DNA of 42,125 nt from an uncultured Caldisericota bacterium (GCA_913055585.1 CAJXKN010000001.1:1-42125), one strand, 5' to 3'. Positions 1 through 13,455 are shown, counted from the stretch's first letter. Program-made: numbers and translations. Notes: generated by a model not told the origin, from the letters alone.

Positions 1-126
1 CTGCTTCTTTATTAACAATCTGTATCTTTCTATTTTTATACGAATCAATCTTTCCATTCTGCTACTGTTATAATTATTTTTTTCAAGTCAATAGCCATTA
101 AAAAATTTCGTTGTTTATTTTCCTTA

Positions 127-789
127 TCAAAAATTACTTTCTATGAGTTTCTCTATTTGAGCTTTTACTACTTTAAAAGGATTTTTAAAAAAGTAGCTTC
201 CCATTACAAGTATATCTGCTCCTGCTTTTAGTACATCCACTGCTGTTTTATTATTTATTCCTCCATCAACTGATATGAGATAGTGCAGTTTTTTTGATTC
301 CCTTATCTCTTTTGCTTTTTCGATTTTTTGAAGTGAAGAGTTTATAAACTTCTGACCTGAAAATCCAGGCTCTACACTCATAACAAGAAGAATGTCCACA
401 TAGGGAAGTATATTCTCTACTTCGCTTATAGGTGTTGCAGGTTTTAAAGAGATTCCTGCTTTTAGACCAAGGTTTTTTATTTTGCGTATAAGCTTTAGAG
501 GTACGTTTGTTTGCTCTATGTGAAATGTAATGTAATTTACCCCTGCATCCTTGAGGGGAGAGAAAAAGAACTCAGGATTGTCCACCATAAGGTGTGCATC
601 AAACGGAAGTGGTGTAATACTTCTTATGCTTTTTATAACTGGAACGCCAAATGAGAGGTTTGGTACAAAATGTGCATCCATAATATCCAGATGTACCCAG
701 CTGTTCGGCATCTGTTGAATTTTGTCTATCTCTCTTGAGAGATGTGCAAAATCTGCGGCAAGAATAGAAGGTGCAATAATAAATTTCAT
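127..789 (-). CDS. rpe: ribulose-phosphate 3-epimerase
   Basis: 220 aa. Motifs IAPSILAADF, HLDIMDAHFVPNLSFG, VDGGIN and MGSYFF are typical of the Rpe TIM barrel. Overlaps the upstream PASTA gene by 4 nt. Confidence 0.9.
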   Translation of the reverse strand: MKFIIAPSILAADFAHLSREIDKIQQMPNSWVHLDIMDAHFVPNLSFGVPVIKSIRSITPLPFDAHLMVDNPEFFFSPLKDAGVNYITFHIEQTNVPLKLIRKIKNLGLKAGISLKPATPISEVENILPYVDILLVMSVEPGFSGQKFINSSLQKIEKAKEIRESKKLHYLISVDGGINNKTAVDVLKAGADILVMGSYFFKNPFKVVKAQIEKLIESNF

Positions 790-1463
790 TTTGATATCTT
801 TAACCTGATTTCAGCACCTGCTCTTACTTTTAATCCCGGCATAGGATACTGGTAAAGAACCATTCCCTTTGTTCCTTTTGCGATATCAGTTTCATCAATT
901 CTTTCTATACGAAAACCTTCTTTTGAAAGAAGCTTCTTCGCATCATCAATATTCATTCCAATAAGATTAGGAACTATGACAAACGTTCCTATACTTACCG
1001 TCATTCTTACGCTCTTTCCAGGAGGCACAATGCTTCCTGCCGCAGGATCCTGTAAAAGCACTGTTCCTACAGGAGATTTATCCTCTTTATCCGTAATGTC
1101 CCCAACTGTTAGTCCTATATCTTTGAGTATTGATAATGCTTCACTGAAGTTCTTACCGACAAGGTTAGGTACAGTGATATTCTTTGGTCCATTACTTACT
1201 ATCGCTTTTACTACTGTTCCCTGTTTTACACTTTCCCCGCTCTGAGGCGATTGAGAAATAATGTGGTCCAGTGGCACTGTTTCGCTATACTCTGAATTTG
1301 TTATCTCTAACATAAGGCCTATGTCCGAGAGCTTCTTTTCCGCCTCATCTACTTTAAGATTCGTAATATCAGGAACTTTAACTATCTTTACTTCCTTTCT
1401 ATTGCATCCTAAAATAGGCAAAAGAAGCAATGCTATTAATATGAATATTAATATTTTTTTCAT
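786..1463 (-). CDS. PASTA-domain lipoprotein (three PASTA repeats)
   Basis: Signal peptide with lipobox LLPILGC. Three repeats start VPDITNL / VPNLVGK / VPNLIGM and are followed by ...A...L...G(L/F), the PASTA pattern. Confidence 0.75.
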   Translation of the reverse strand: MKKILIFILIALLLLPILGCNRKEVKIVKVPDITNLKVDEAEKKLSDIGLMLEITNSEYSETVPLDHIISQSPQSGESVKQGTVVKAIVSNGPKNITVPNLVGKNFSEALSILKDIGLTVGDITDKEDKSPVGTVLLQDPAAGSIVPPGKSVRMTVSIGTFVIVPNLIGMNIDDAKKLLSKEGFRIERIDETDIAKGTKGMVLYQYPMPGLKVRAGAEIRLKISK

Positions 1464-1469
1464 ACACCT

Positions 1470-1498
1470 ATTTTATTATTTTTTCAAAATATTTGCAA
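1470..1498 (-). promoter_or_regulatory. sigma70-like promoter for the PASTA-rpe operon (TTGCAA-17-TAAAAT), 6 nt from the ATG
   Basis: Minus strand reads ttgcaa atattttgaaaaaataa taaaat aggtgt ATG. The -35 hexamer at 1493-1498 is palindromic and shared with the divergent coaD promoter. Confidence 0.5.
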
Positions 1499-1520
1499 CA
1501 TCTTTATAAAACTATATACT
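1493..1520 (+). promoter_or_regulatory. sigma70-like promoter for coaD (TTGCAA-16-TATACT), 7 nt from the ATG
   Basis: Plus strand reads ttgcaa catctttataaaacta tatact aataaat ATG. No Shine-Dalgarno is present. Confidence 0.5.
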
Positions 1521-1527
1521 AATAAAT

Positions 1528-2019
1528 ATGAAACGGATTGCAGTGTACCCGGGAACGTTTGATCCAATAACAAATGGTCACCTGGATATAATAGCAAGAG
1601 GAAGGGAAATATTTGATGAGCTTATTATTCTCGTTGCAAAAGGAGAAAATAAGCATCCTTTATTTACGATGAATGAAAGAATAGAAATGGTAAAATGCGC
1701 TATAAAGCAATTCAATAATGTTTCTGTATCGCCCCTCGAAGGACTCTTAGTATCCTTCCTAAAGGAAAACAATATAAAATTTGTTTTAAGGGGCCTGCGG
1801 GCTGTTTCTGATTTTGATTATGAGCTTCAACTCGCTTTTACAAATAAAAATCTTTATTCAGATTTAGAAACAGTATTTATAATGAGCAGCAACAACTATA
1901 TATTCTTAAGTTCAAGTGTTGTAAGGGAAATTGCATACTTCAATGGCGACGTTTCAAAATTTGTCCCATCCTGTGTAGAAGAGGCACTTAAAAGGAGGTT
2001 TAAGAAAAGTGGAAGATGA
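1528..2019 (+). CDS. coaD: phosphopantetheine adenylyltransferase
   Basis: 163 aa. N-terminus is AVYPGTFDPITNGHLDII (nucleotidyltransferase T/HxGH motif). Size and RGLRAVSDFDYE match CoaD. Confidence 0.9.
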   Translation: MKRIAVYPGTFDPITNGHLDIIARGREIFDELIILVAKGENKHPLFTMNERIEMVKCAIKQFNNVSVSPLEGLLVSFLKENNIKFVLRGLRAVSDFDYELQLAFTNKNLYSDLETVFIMSSNNYIFLSSSVVREIAYFNGDVSKFVPSCVEEALKRRFKKSGR

Positions 2020-2485
2020 ATCTATAATTAAAAAGATTGAATCATTAAAACAAATGATTCAGACAGCAAAGCATATACCACTTTCAAATCTTGTAGCGAT
2101 AGATAAAGAGAAATATCTTGTAGCAATTGAGCAGATAGAAAACTCTCTTCCCAGTGAGGTAAAAGAGGCATATCTTATTTATAAAAGGAAGAGTGCAATT
2201 CTAAAAAAAGCAAACGAGGAAAGAGAGAGAATACTTGAAACTGCAAGAAGCAGGCGTGATGAAATTGTCCAGAATTCGGATATTCTAAGGGAGGCAAAAG
2301 AGGAAAGAGAGAAGATAATCGCAGAAGCACAGCAGGAGGCAGAGAGAATTGAGAAAGAAGCAGAGGATTATGCTTTTAAGCTTTTATCAAAAGTAGAAGC
2401 AATTTTAGAGAAGGCGCAAGCAGCAGTGAGACAAGGAAAAGAGGATTTGAAGGATGAAAGTTCCGATAGTACGGATCTTGCATAG
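2009..2485 (+). CDS. hypothetical coiled-coil protein (E/K/R-rich, ATP-synthase-b/V-ATPase-G-like heptads)
   Basis: 158 aa with a GTG start overlapping the coaD stop. Long charged helical stretch EERERILETARSRRDEI...EEREKIIAEAQQEAERIEKEAE. No enzymatic motif seen. Confidence 0.45.
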   Translation: MEDESIIKKIESLKQMIQTAKHIPLSNLVAIDKEKYLVAIEQIENSLPSEVKEAYLIYKRKSAILKKANEERERILETARSRRDEIVQNSDILREAKEEREKIIAEAQQEAERIEKEAEDYAFKLLSKVEAILEKAQAAVRQGKEDLKDESSDSTDLA

Positions 2486-2876
2486 TCCGTTGAAAATTCA
2501 TGAATTGATAGAGAGGATTGATTTAGGTAGTGAGGCTAAGCTTGTTGGACCTGCTGTGCTGGATGGAGAAATGAGCATTGGCGTAGGTTATGAAGTACAT
2601 TTCAAAGGGCATATTTCAGCAACTGTCCTGCTTACCTGTGTAAGATGTCTTTCAAAATTTAAAAAGCAGTTTGAAATAGATTTTAAAGAAAAGTATCTTC
2701 CCGAAAGTTTGGCAGTTACAGATATGCGAGAAAAAGAATTAAGCAGAGAAGATTTGGATACGTTCATTTATCACAGTAATTATATAGATACATCTGAAAT
2801 AGTGAAGGAACTTTTAATAGTAGAAATTCCGCCTTATCCGCTCTGTCCTAAATGCAGAGCACTTGATAATTCTTAA
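2454..2876 (+). CDS. YceD/DUF177 family protein
   Basis: 140 aa. Cysteine pairs CVRCL ... CPKC bracket an acidic region, as in DUF177/YceD. Start uncertain because of a 32-nt overlap with the upstream ORF. Confidence 0.7.
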   Translation: MKVPIVRILHSPLKIHELIERIDLGSEAKLVGPAVLDGEMSIGVGYEVHFKGHISATVLLTCVRCLSKFKKQFEIDFKEKYLPESLAVTDMREKELSREDLDTFIYHSNYIDTSEIVKELLIVEIPPYPLCPKCRALDNS

Positions 2877-2933
2877 ATATTTTGTATTCTTTTTTCAAAA
2901 AAGGAGGTGATTCCCGTAAACTGGGATAAAAGT

Positions 2934-4217
2934 ATGTACATAAATGAAGCTAAAAAGTATGTAGGAAAAGAAATAGAAATTAAAGGCTGGGTGTATAATA
3001 TGCGCTCAAGTGGCAAGATTATTTTTATCTTGTTGAGAGATGGGACAGGCATTATGCAGTGTGTAGCATCTAAAAGCGATGTAGGTGATGAAGTATTCGA
3101 TAAGTTAAAAGCTCTCACACAAGAATCTTCTATTATTGTACGAGGAACAGTGCATCCGGACAAAAGAGCACCTGGCGGATACGAACTAAGTCTAAAAAAA
3201 TTGGTATGGGTAAACATTACAAAAGATTATCCCATCTCCCTGAAAGAACATGGGGTAGGTTTCTTAATGGCACACAGGCACCTCTGGCTCAGGTCAAAGA
3301 GACAGTGGGCAATTTTACGTATCAGACACAGAGTTGAAAAATCATTGAGAGATTTCTTTGATAACAGAGGTTTTACTCTTATTGATGCACCTATCCTTAC
3401 GCCAAATGCCTGTGAAGGGTCTACCACGTTATTTCAGACAGACTACTTCGGAAAACCAGCTTTCCTTTCTCAAAGTGGACAGCTCTATATGGAAGCAGCA
3501 GCAATGGCATTTGGTAAGGTATATTGTTTTGGTCCTACATTTAGAGCCGAGAAGTCAAAGACGCGAAGGCATCTTACAGAGTTCTGGATGATTGAACCTG
3601 AGATTGCCTATATCACATTTGAAGAGAATATGCGGCTTCAGGAGGAGATGGTTACGTATGTTGTTAAAGAAGTATTAAAAAACTGTAAGGAGGAATTAGA
3701 GATTATAGGTAGGGATACATCACCGTTAGAGAAAATTACTCCCCCTTTTCCAAGAATACATTATAAGGAAGCACTTGCAATTCTAAAAAAACACGGTAAA
3801 GAAGTAGAATGGGGACAGGATTTTGGTGGCGACGAAGAAACAATACTTGCAGATGAATTTAACAAGCCTGTATTCGTGCATCATTTCCCTGTAGAGACAA
3901 AAGCCTTTTATATGAAGCCAGATCCTGACGATCCAAGTACCGTTCTTGCAGCGGATCTTCTTGCTCCAGAAGGATATGGAGAAATCGTTGGCGGAAGTCA
4001 AAGAATAGATGACTATGACCTATTACTTGAGAGGCTTAAAGCAAATAACCTTTCAAAGGAGGATTATGATTGGTATCTCGACCTTCGAAAGTATGGCTCT
4101 GTGCCGCATGGAGGATTTGGTTTGGGGATTGAAAGAACCGTTGCATGGATTGCAAAACTCCCTCATGTAAGAGAGACAATACCATTTCCTCGCCTGCTTG
4201 ATAAAATATATCCATGA
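2934..4217 (+). CDS. asnS: asparagine--tRNA ligase
   Basis: Class IIb aaRS. OB-fold N-terminus [22 protein letters not shown], motif 2 [21 protein letters not shown] (AsnRS-type), motif 3 [11 protein letters not shown]. The ORF track starts at GTG 2907, which sits inside the AAGGAGGTG box. ATG 2934 (MYINEAKKY) aligns better with AsnRS N-termini, but the start remains uncertain. Confidence 0.9.
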   Translation: MYINEAKKYVGKEIEIKGWVYNMRSSGKIIFILLRDGTGIMQCVASKSDVGDEVFDKLKALTQESSIIVRGTVHPDKRAPGGYELSLKKLVWVNITKDYPISLKEHGVGFLMAHRHLWLRSKRQWAILRIRHRVEKSLRDFFDNRGFTLIDAPILTPNACEGSTTLFQTDYFGKPAFLSQSGQLYMEAAAMAFGKVYCFGPTFRAEKSKTRRHLTEFWMIEPEIAYITFEENMRLQEEMVTYVVKEVLKNCKEELEIIGRDTSPLEKITPPFPRIHYKEALAILKKHGKEVEWGQDFGGDEETILADEFNKPVFVHHFPVETKAFYMKPDPDDPSTVLAADLLAPEGYGEIVGGSQRIDDYDLLLERLKANNLSKEDYDWYLDLRKYGSVPHGGFGLGIERTVAWIAKLPHVRETIPFPRLLDKIYP

Positions 4218-5197
4218 TTGAGCAGAGTGCACTCAACGTACTAAATGAATTAGAAAAGAATAAACTTCATCGCATCTACCTTCTATCCGGAAAAGATGGT
4301 AGGTATCTTAAGTTGCAAATTATAAAAAAAATCAAGCGTAAATTTGTTGATGAGCAAACAGAAGCATTTGATTTTATTGAACTAAGCGGGAAGGATATTA
4401 CTGCACTTGACGTATCAAATGCCTTAAACACAGCTCCGCTTGGTAAGAGAAAATTGGTAGTTCTAAGAAGTGTTAATGAAGCAGAGAGTGCAGAAATGAA
4501 AAAGATTTACTCAATGGAGATACCTTCATTTTCAACCCTTGTTATTATTTTAGAATCAAAGAGAAAACCGAAAGTTTCCGAAGAAGATACTGTCCTTGTT
4601 TCTAAATATACAGTCACTTCTCAGCTTACAAAAAAATGGATAAAGGATAGATGCAGGGAGAACGGTAAAGAAATATCAGCTGCTGCTATTGATGAACTTA
4701 TAAGCAGGGTTGATGGTGATTTCTTTCTCCTACTTTCTGAAATTAATAAGCTTGTATTATACATTGGCGAAAGAAAAAAAATAGAGCAGGAGGATGTAGA
4801 AAAAGTGGTAAAATACATACCGGAAACAAAGGTATTTGCCTTAATTGATGCAATCGTTGCAAAGAAAAAAAGAGCAGCCTTAAAGATGTTTAAGCAGATG
4901 CTTTCCACGGATGCTACTTCTGTTAATTTAGCATTCTTTTGGCTCCTAAAAACTTTCTCTCAGATAATTCTCATTAAAGAATTAATAAATAATAATGAAA
5001 GTATAAGTGCAGCTTCCATATCAGAGAAGTTAAATATTCCTCTCTTTTCTGTATACAAACTTTTGCCTATTGCAAAGAAATTTACATTTTCACAGCTTGT
5101 AGGAACATTTCATAAACTTGAAGAAATTGATGTAAAAAGCAAAATAGGGGAAATGGATCTTCCCCTTGCTTTTCAGCTTTTCATTCAAAGCATATGA
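4214..5197 (+). CDS. holA: DNA polymerase III subunit delta
   Basis: 327 aa. N-terminal [11 protein letters not shown] pattern, size and helical C-terminal domain typical of HolA. ATGA overlap with asnS. Confidence 0.7.
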   Translation: MIEQSALNVLNELEKNKLHRIYLLSGKDGRYLKLQIIKKIKRKFVDEQTEAFDFIELSGKDITALDVSNALNTAPLGKRKLVVLRSVNEAESAEMKKIYSMEIPSFSTLVIILESKRKPKVSEEDTVLVSKYTVTSQLTKKWIKDRCRENGKEISAAAIDELISRVDGDFFLLLSEINKLVLYIGERKKIEQEDVEKVVKYIPETKVFALIDAIVAKKKRAALKMFKQMLSTDATSVNLAFFWLLKTFSQIILIKELINNNESISAASISEKLNIPLFSVYKLLPIAKKFTFSQLVGTFHKLEEIDVKSKIGEMDLPLAFQLFIQSI

Positions 5198-5202
5198 CTC
5201 AT

Positions 5203-5466
5203 TTATGCTTCTTTGTTACTTTTCTTTGCTTCGTTGAATCTCTTCATTAATAAAGATTTTTTCCTTGCAGCATTGTTAGGATGAATGATTCCCTTCGCTT
5301 CTAATTTATCAACAATTTTTATTGCTTCTTTCACTTTGCTTTCACTGTAACTATCTTTTCTAGCAAAATCAAGTGCTTTTTTCATTGCTACTCTATATCT
5401 CTCATTCCTCTCTCTTCTTTTAGCATCTTTTCTTACTGATTTTTTCGAAGCTTTTAATATTGGCAT
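5203..5466 (-). CDS. rpsT: 30S ribosomal protein S20
   Basis: 87 aa, basic, with MPILKASKKSVRKDAKRRERN... as in the S20 N-terminus. AAGGAGG SD upstream. Confidence 0.9.
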   Translation of the reverse strand: MPILKASKKSVRKDAKRRERNERYRVAMKKALDFARKDSYSESKVKEAIKIVDKLEAKGIIHPNNAARKKSLLMKRFNEAKKSNKEA

Positions 5467-5495
5467 TTATACCTCCTTAAAATAAATTCTCTTAT

Positions 5496-5523
5496 AGATT
5501 AACAATTTTTTAATTCCTGTCAA
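5496..5523 (-). promoter_or_regulatory. sigma70-like promoter for rpsT (TTGACA-16-TAATCT with TGn extension)
   Basis: Minus strand reads ttgaca ggaattaaaaaattgt taatct, about 30 nt upstream of the rpsT ATG. Confidence 0.45.
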
Positions 5524-5540
5524 TAGCACGAATTGAATAT

Positions 5541-7010
5541 TTATTCACTGAATGATTCTATTGTCACCTGCTTTTTTTCATTATCCCAGCTCACCTTTGC
5601 CCCGAGACTTTCCGAAACAAAACGGATAGGTACAAATGTGCGTGAATCTTTTATGAATGGTGCAGTATCCATCAAATATTTCTCTCCACCTTCGTAAAAA
5701 TCAGAATCCGTAGTGTAACTCTTGCTTCCAATGGTAAGAGTAATAAAATGATAATCTAAGAATGTACCTAAAAAGATAGTATCATCATACGTAGGCATAA
5801 AATCGTTGTGCGGCATAATAATATTAATTTCTTTTTCAACGCCTTTGCTTGTTTGTATTTGTGCAGTTATACTTTCTCCAGGAATAGGGGTTGAAGAAGT
5901 AAAGACGCATTTTCCCATTGAGAATAGAGGAAACCTAAAAACTACTACACCTTGCCCGTATTTCAAAGCATAAAAGATCTCTTCTTCCGTTTCTTTACTA
6001 CTTACTCCATAAGGATTTACTCCTATATAAACAGGGAACTGTTTTACTACTTCGAGATCGATTCTCTCAATAACATTAAGAGCAAAACGGGACGTGACTT
6101 CCAGGGATTTAAGATATACCATAGGAATAACAAAGTCAAATCCGTAAAACTCAGAAGGACACTGTCCAAAATTTATTATTTGATAAGGCATACTGTACTT
6201 AATGCCTTTTCCTTTTTCAGCTACATATATGTCTTTGTACATTAATCCTCTTGCAACCGAAAATGCACCCACCTGAACAGTAGGTTTCACAGACTTTATA
6301 TAATCCTTCAAAATGAAAGCAACTTTTTCTACAATGTTTCTTCTTAAGTTTTCCCATTTAGCAACGTTTTTATCTTTCTGACTCGTAAGGAAAATTGTTT
6401 TCCAATCAGCAGGATTAATAAAAGTTTTATATGCAAGTTTTTTTACATCATCTACATCTATACCGTTTTCCTCTGCAAGTTTATTAAATCTATCCGAAAA
6501 ATCATAACTACCATTTGGAAAACGTATATAATCAAGTACTATGCCATCAACGTCGAACCTTAATATTTCACTTAAGAACATCTTTATATAGTTGAGGTAA
6601 TTGTCACTTATAAGCGAAACGTAATAAGAACTTTTTTCCCCATCCACTCTTTGCATCAGCTCATCTGGATGTGAAAGCCCATACGTTTTGTCCATACAAA
6701 CAGGGAAATAAACATACAGTTTAATCCCTTCTCTATGTGTTTCCTTAATAAGTGAAGGTAGCACATTTTTTTCCAATGGTATAAAACTACTCTTATAGAA
6801 AACCTTGCCTGAAGGATTTTTTACAAGAAAAAAGATTGTATTGTAACCATAATTTTTGATTTCAGAGACAGTTTTTTCTACACCAAACTTTTCTATATCT
6901 TCTCCGTGCACACAGATACCTTTCATTTTTTCCGATGCATCTGTATATTTCACAGGGATAGTTGCGAAGATGACAAAAAAAATGGTAAACAACAAAAGAA
7001 ATTTTTTCAT
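5541..7010 (-). CDS. secreted glycoside-hydrolase-like (GHL10/DUF187-type TIM barrel) protein with C-terminal copper-amine-oxidase-N-like domain
   Basis: Signal peptide MKKFLLLFTIFFVIFA. DGIVLDYIRFPNG motif typical of GHL10/YngK-like proteins. C-terminus is FVPIRFVSESLGAKVSWDNEKKQVTI (Cu_amine_oxidN1-like). Overlaps gatB by 4 nt. Confidence 0.6.
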   Translation of the reverse strand: MKKFLLLFTIFFVIFATIPVKYTDASEKMKGICVHGEDIEKFGVEKTVSEIKNYGYNTIFFLVKNPSGKVFYKSSFIPLEKNVLPSLIKETHREGIKLYVYFPVCMDKTYGLSHPDELMQRVDGEKSSYYVSLISDNYLNYIKMFLSEILRFDVDGIVLDYIRFPNGSYDFSDRFNKLAEENGIDVDDVKKLAYKTFINPADWKTIFLTSQKDKNVAKWENLRRNIVEKVAFILKDYIKSVKPTVQVGAFSVARGLMYKDIYVAEKGKGIKYSMPYQIINFGQCPSEFYGFDFVIPMVYLKSLEVTSRFALNVIERIDLEVVKQFPVYIGVNPYGVSSKETEEEIFYALKYGQGVVVFRFPLFSMGKCVFTSSTPIPGESITAQIQTSKGVEKEINIIMPHNDFMPTYDDTIFLGTFLDYHFITLTIGSKSYTTDSDFYEGGEKYLMDTAPFIKDSRTFVPIRFVSESLGAKVSWDNEKKQVTIESFSE

Positions 7011-8464
7011 TTTTTCATTTTCATAAGAGCGTTACGAAGAAGTTTATTTACAATTTGTGGGTTTGCTTTCCCTTTTGTCTTTTTCATTACTTGCCCTATC
7101 AAGAAACCTATTGTTTGTGTTTTTCCTGATAAGTATTGCGATACGGGCTTAGGATTTTCTTTTAATACTTCAAGAACAATTTCTTTAATTGCATCTTCAT
7201 CAGTTATTTGTACAAGACCCCTTTCTTTCACAATTTCTTTTGGTGATTTACCAGTTTCAAGCGATTGGTCAATCACTTCCTTTGCAATGTTTTTCGAAAT
7301 AGTGCCATTATCAATGAGAGATAAAAACTCAGCAAACTTCTTTTCGTTAAAGCTAATTTCTGTTATTTGCTTTCCTGTTTTATTAAGATACTTCATAATG
7401 TTTGTCATAAGAAAATTAGCAACTTCTTTTGGTTTCTTTGTTGCTCTACAGACTGCCTCAAAATAATTTGCAAGCTCAATAGAAGATGCAATATCATGTG
7501 CATAATCCTCTTTTATACCGTATTCTTTTATGAATCTCTCTTCCTTTTGCAATGGTAATTCGGGAAGTTCTTTCTTTATCTTCTCTATGAATTCATCCGT
7601 CAGAATAAGGGGCGGTAGATCAGGCTCAGGAAAATATCTATAATCGTTTAATTCCTCTTTTGTACGCATTGCCACCGTCTCGCCTGTCTTTTCATTGAGG
7701 TGGCGTGTCTCCTGCACGACGGAACCACCATTTTCTAATACGTCAATTTGTCTTTTCACTTCATATTCCACTGCTCTTCTTACGCTCTTGAACGAGTTAA
7801 GATTTTTGATCTCTACTTTTGTACCTATCTTATCATTCTTTGAAACGGATACGTTCACATCGCAACGCAATGCACCTTTCTCCATATCTCCGCTTGATAC
7901 GCCTAAGTAACGGACGGTCTTCCGTAGTAGCACAAGAAATTCGTATGCTTCTTCCGCTGTTTCAATATCAGGGTATGTAACAATCTCCATTAGAGGTACA
8001 CCGGATCTGTTAAAATCAATGTAAGAATATTGAGACTCTGTAATATCACCTGTATGAATTGATTTGCCTGCATCTTCTTCAATGTGCCCACGTTGAATGC
8101 GAATTTTCCTTTTTCCTTTTTTTGTTTTTATCTCTAAAAAGCCTTCACTTGCAATGGGTATTGCATACTGTGTAATCTGATATCCCTTTGGCAAGTCAGG
8201 GTAAAAATAATTCTTTCTATAAAAAGTAGATACTTTATTGATCGTCATATTTAGAGCACTACCTAATCGTACAGCATATTCCACAACCTTTTCATTTAAT
8301 ACAGGCAGAGCACCTGGCAGTCCTAAACAAACGGGACATACATTTGTATTTGGCTCATCACCAAACTCTGTAGAGCAGCTGCAGAAGATTTTTGTTTTTG
8401 TTGCAAGCTGCACGTGTATTTCTAACCCTATCGTTGGTTTATATTCACTCATTTTACCCCCCAT
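7007..8464 (-). CDS. gatB: Asp-tRNA(Asn)/Glu-tRNA(Gln) amidotransferase subunit B
   Basis: 485 aa. YKPTIGLEIHVQL.TKTKIFCSC, NVCPVCLGLPGALP and a C-terminal YqeY-like tail. Confidence 0.95.
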   Translation of the reverse strand: MGGKMSEYKPTIGLEIHVQLATKTKIFCSCSTEFGDEPNTNVCPVCLGLPGALPVLNEKVVEYAVRLGSALNMTINKVSTFYRKNYFYPDLPKGYQITQYAIPIASEGFLEIKTKKGKRKIRIQRGHIEEDAGKSIHTGDITESQYSYIDFNRSGVPLMEIVTYPDIETAEEAYEFLVLLRKTVRYLGVSSGDMEKGALRCDVNVSVSKNDKIGTKVEIKNLNSFKSVRRAVEYEVKRQIDVLENGGSVVQETRHLNEKTGETVAMRTKEELNDYRYFPEPDLPPLILTDEFIEKIKKELPELPLQKEERFIKEYGIKEDYAHDIASSIELANYFEAVCRATKKPKEVANFLMTNIMKYLNKTGKQITEISFNEKKFAEFLSLIDNGTISKNIAKEVIDQSLETGKSPKEIVKERGLVQITDEDAIKEIVLEVLKENPKPVSQYLSGKTQTIGFLIGQVMKKTKGKANPQIVNKLLRNALMKMKK

Positions 8465-9872
8465 TTTCTATACTATACGCAATCTGCAAAAGTTCTTCTT
8501 CCTTGAACCATTTACCTATGAGCTGCATCCCTATGGGAAGACCTTTTTTATCATTACCAGAAGGAATTGATATAGCAGGTAGACCTGCAAGATTCACAGG
8601 TATTGTAAAGATATCCGTTGCATACATTTCAAGAGGACTCTTTTTTTCTCCGATCTTAAATGCAGTTGTAGCAGTTGTAGGAAGGAGAAGAGCATCCACC
8701 TTCTTAAACGCATTTTCAAATTCATTTGCAATAATTCTTCTTACCTTTGAAGCTTTGAGATAATATGCATCATAATATCCACTGGAAAGGGCAAATGTGC
8801 CTATGAGAATTCTTCTCTTTACTTCTTCTCCAAAACCTTCCGTGCGGGTAAGCTGATACGTTTCTTTTAGATTGTTTCCTTCTCTAATAAGACCGTATCT
8901 TACACCATCAAAGCGTGCAAGGTTTGCGGAAGCTTCGGATGGTGCAATGATATAATAAACAGGTAATGCATACTTAAGGTGAGGAATAGAAACTTCAATT
9001 ACTTCTGCTTGGAGTTTATTCAGAGTATCCACTGTTTTGTTCAATGCGCTTTTTATCTCTTGCTGCAGATCAAAATCTGTTATCTCTTTTATTATACCTA
9101 TTTTTTTACCTTTTATCTCTTTCCCAAGAAGTGCTGTATAATCCTTCTTTTCAATGTTTACAGATGTTTCATCCCTGGAATCAAACCCTGCTATCACATT
9201 TAATAGTACAGCAGCATCTTCCACATTTCTTGCAAGAGGACCAATCTGATCAAGGGATGATGAAAATGCAATAAGCCCATAGCGTGAAACAAGACCGTAC
9301 GTAGGTTTTAATCCTACAATGCCGCAGAATGAAGCAGGTTCCCTTACAGAGCCACCTGTATCAGAGCCAAGCGCTGCTAATACTTCCTTACTTTTTACTG
9401 CTGCTGCAGAGCCGCCTGATGAACCACCCGGCACATATTCAACGTTTACCGGATTATGTGTAGGAAAAAATGCAGAGTTTTCTGTGGAGGAACCCATTGC
9501 AAATTCATCCATGTTTGTTTTCCCTATGATAATAGCATTTTCTTTCTTAACTTTCTCTACAGCTGTTGCGTCATAAGGCGAGATGTAACCCTTCAAAATT
9601 TTAGAGCCAGCTGTTGTTTCTGTATTCAGTACATTTATATTGTCTTTTACTGCAAAAGGGACGCCAAATAGTACACCATTTTTTTCTCTCATTCTATCTA
9701 ACTCTTCTGCTTTTTTCAAAGCGTTATCAATATCAAGATGGATAAATGCCTTTATTTTACTTTCTTTTTTATTAATATTCTCAATGTAACTCTTCATTAC
9801 TTCTTTTACACTGATTTCTCCGCTTTTGATGTTTTTAACAAGCTGACTAATGGAAAGCTCTGTAATGTCCAT
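8454..9872 (-). CDS. gatA: Asp-tRNA(Asn)/Glu-tRNA(Gln) amidotransferase subunit A
   Basis: 472 aa. Amidase signature GGSSGGSAAAV...GSDTGGSVREPASFCG. Confidence 0.95.
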   Translation of the reverse strand: MDITELSISQLVKNIKSGEISVKEVMKSYIENINKKESKIKAFIHLDIDNALKKAEELDRMREKNGVLFGVPFAVKDNINVLNTETTAGSKILKGYISPYDATAVEKVKKENAIIIGKTNMDEFAMGSSTENSAFFPTHNPVNVEYVPGGSSGGSAAAVKSKEVLAALGSDTGGSVREPASFCGIVGLKPTYGLVSRYGLIAFSSSLDQIGPLARNVEDAAVLLNVIAGFDSRDETSVNIEKKDYTALLGKEIKGKKIGIIKEITDFDLQQEIKSALNKTVDTLNKLQAEVIEVSIPHLKYALPVYYIIAPSEASANLARFDGVRYGLIREGNNLKETYQLTRTEGFGEEVKRRILIGTFALSSGYYDAYYLKASKVRRIIANEFENAFKKVDALLLPTTATTAFKIGEKKSPLEMYATDIFTIPVNLAGLPAISIPSGNDKKGLPIGMQLIGKWFKEEELLQIAYSIENGG

Positions 9873-9873
9873 T

Positions 9874-13294
<3,421 letters not shown>

Positions 13295-13303
13295 CTCATT
13301 TTT

Positions 13304-13331
13304 ATTGTACAAATAACATTATTTTTGTCAA
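13304..13331 (-). promoter_or_regulatory. sigma70-like promoter (TTGACA-16-TACAAT) 9 nt upstream of ATG 13294
   Basis: Minus strand reads ttgaca aaaataatgttatttg tacaat aaaaatgag ATG. No SD is present. Confidence 0.45.
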
Positions 13332-13455
13332 TATGCGGATTGTTCTACAAAAAATAACCTTACTCTCGTTTAGATACGGTATGCCACTACAAAGAGGAAA
13401 AATCCGATAAAGCAATCCGCTACTCTAACTACCTAAAATCAGTTAGGTGTAATTT

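Noticed and set aside
976-1509. Plus-strand ORFs 976..1245 and 1261..1509, inside or opposite the PASTA lipoprotein gene
   Set aside because: They are antisense shadows of a gene with clear PASTA repeats and a lipobox. Their translations are low-complexity S/T/L/F-rich with no motifs, SD or promoter.
2877-2933. T-box leaders upstream of asnS (and of metG at 34651-34659)
   Set aside because: The intergenic spaces are far too short (57 nt and 9 nt) for a ~200-nt T-box element.
6906-8763. Plus-strand ORFs 6906..7466, 7367..7558, 7695..7910, 8238..8570 and 8392..8763
   Set aside because: All lie antisense to gatB or gatA, whose identities are unambiguous. These are typical long antisense frames with no recognisable motifs.
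13425-13446. Hairpin CTAACT-N10-AGTTAG as terminator of the ABC/DUF4352 operon
   Set aside because: The stem is only 6 A/T-rich bp with a 10-nt loop and no following U-tract on the minus strand. This is not convincing.
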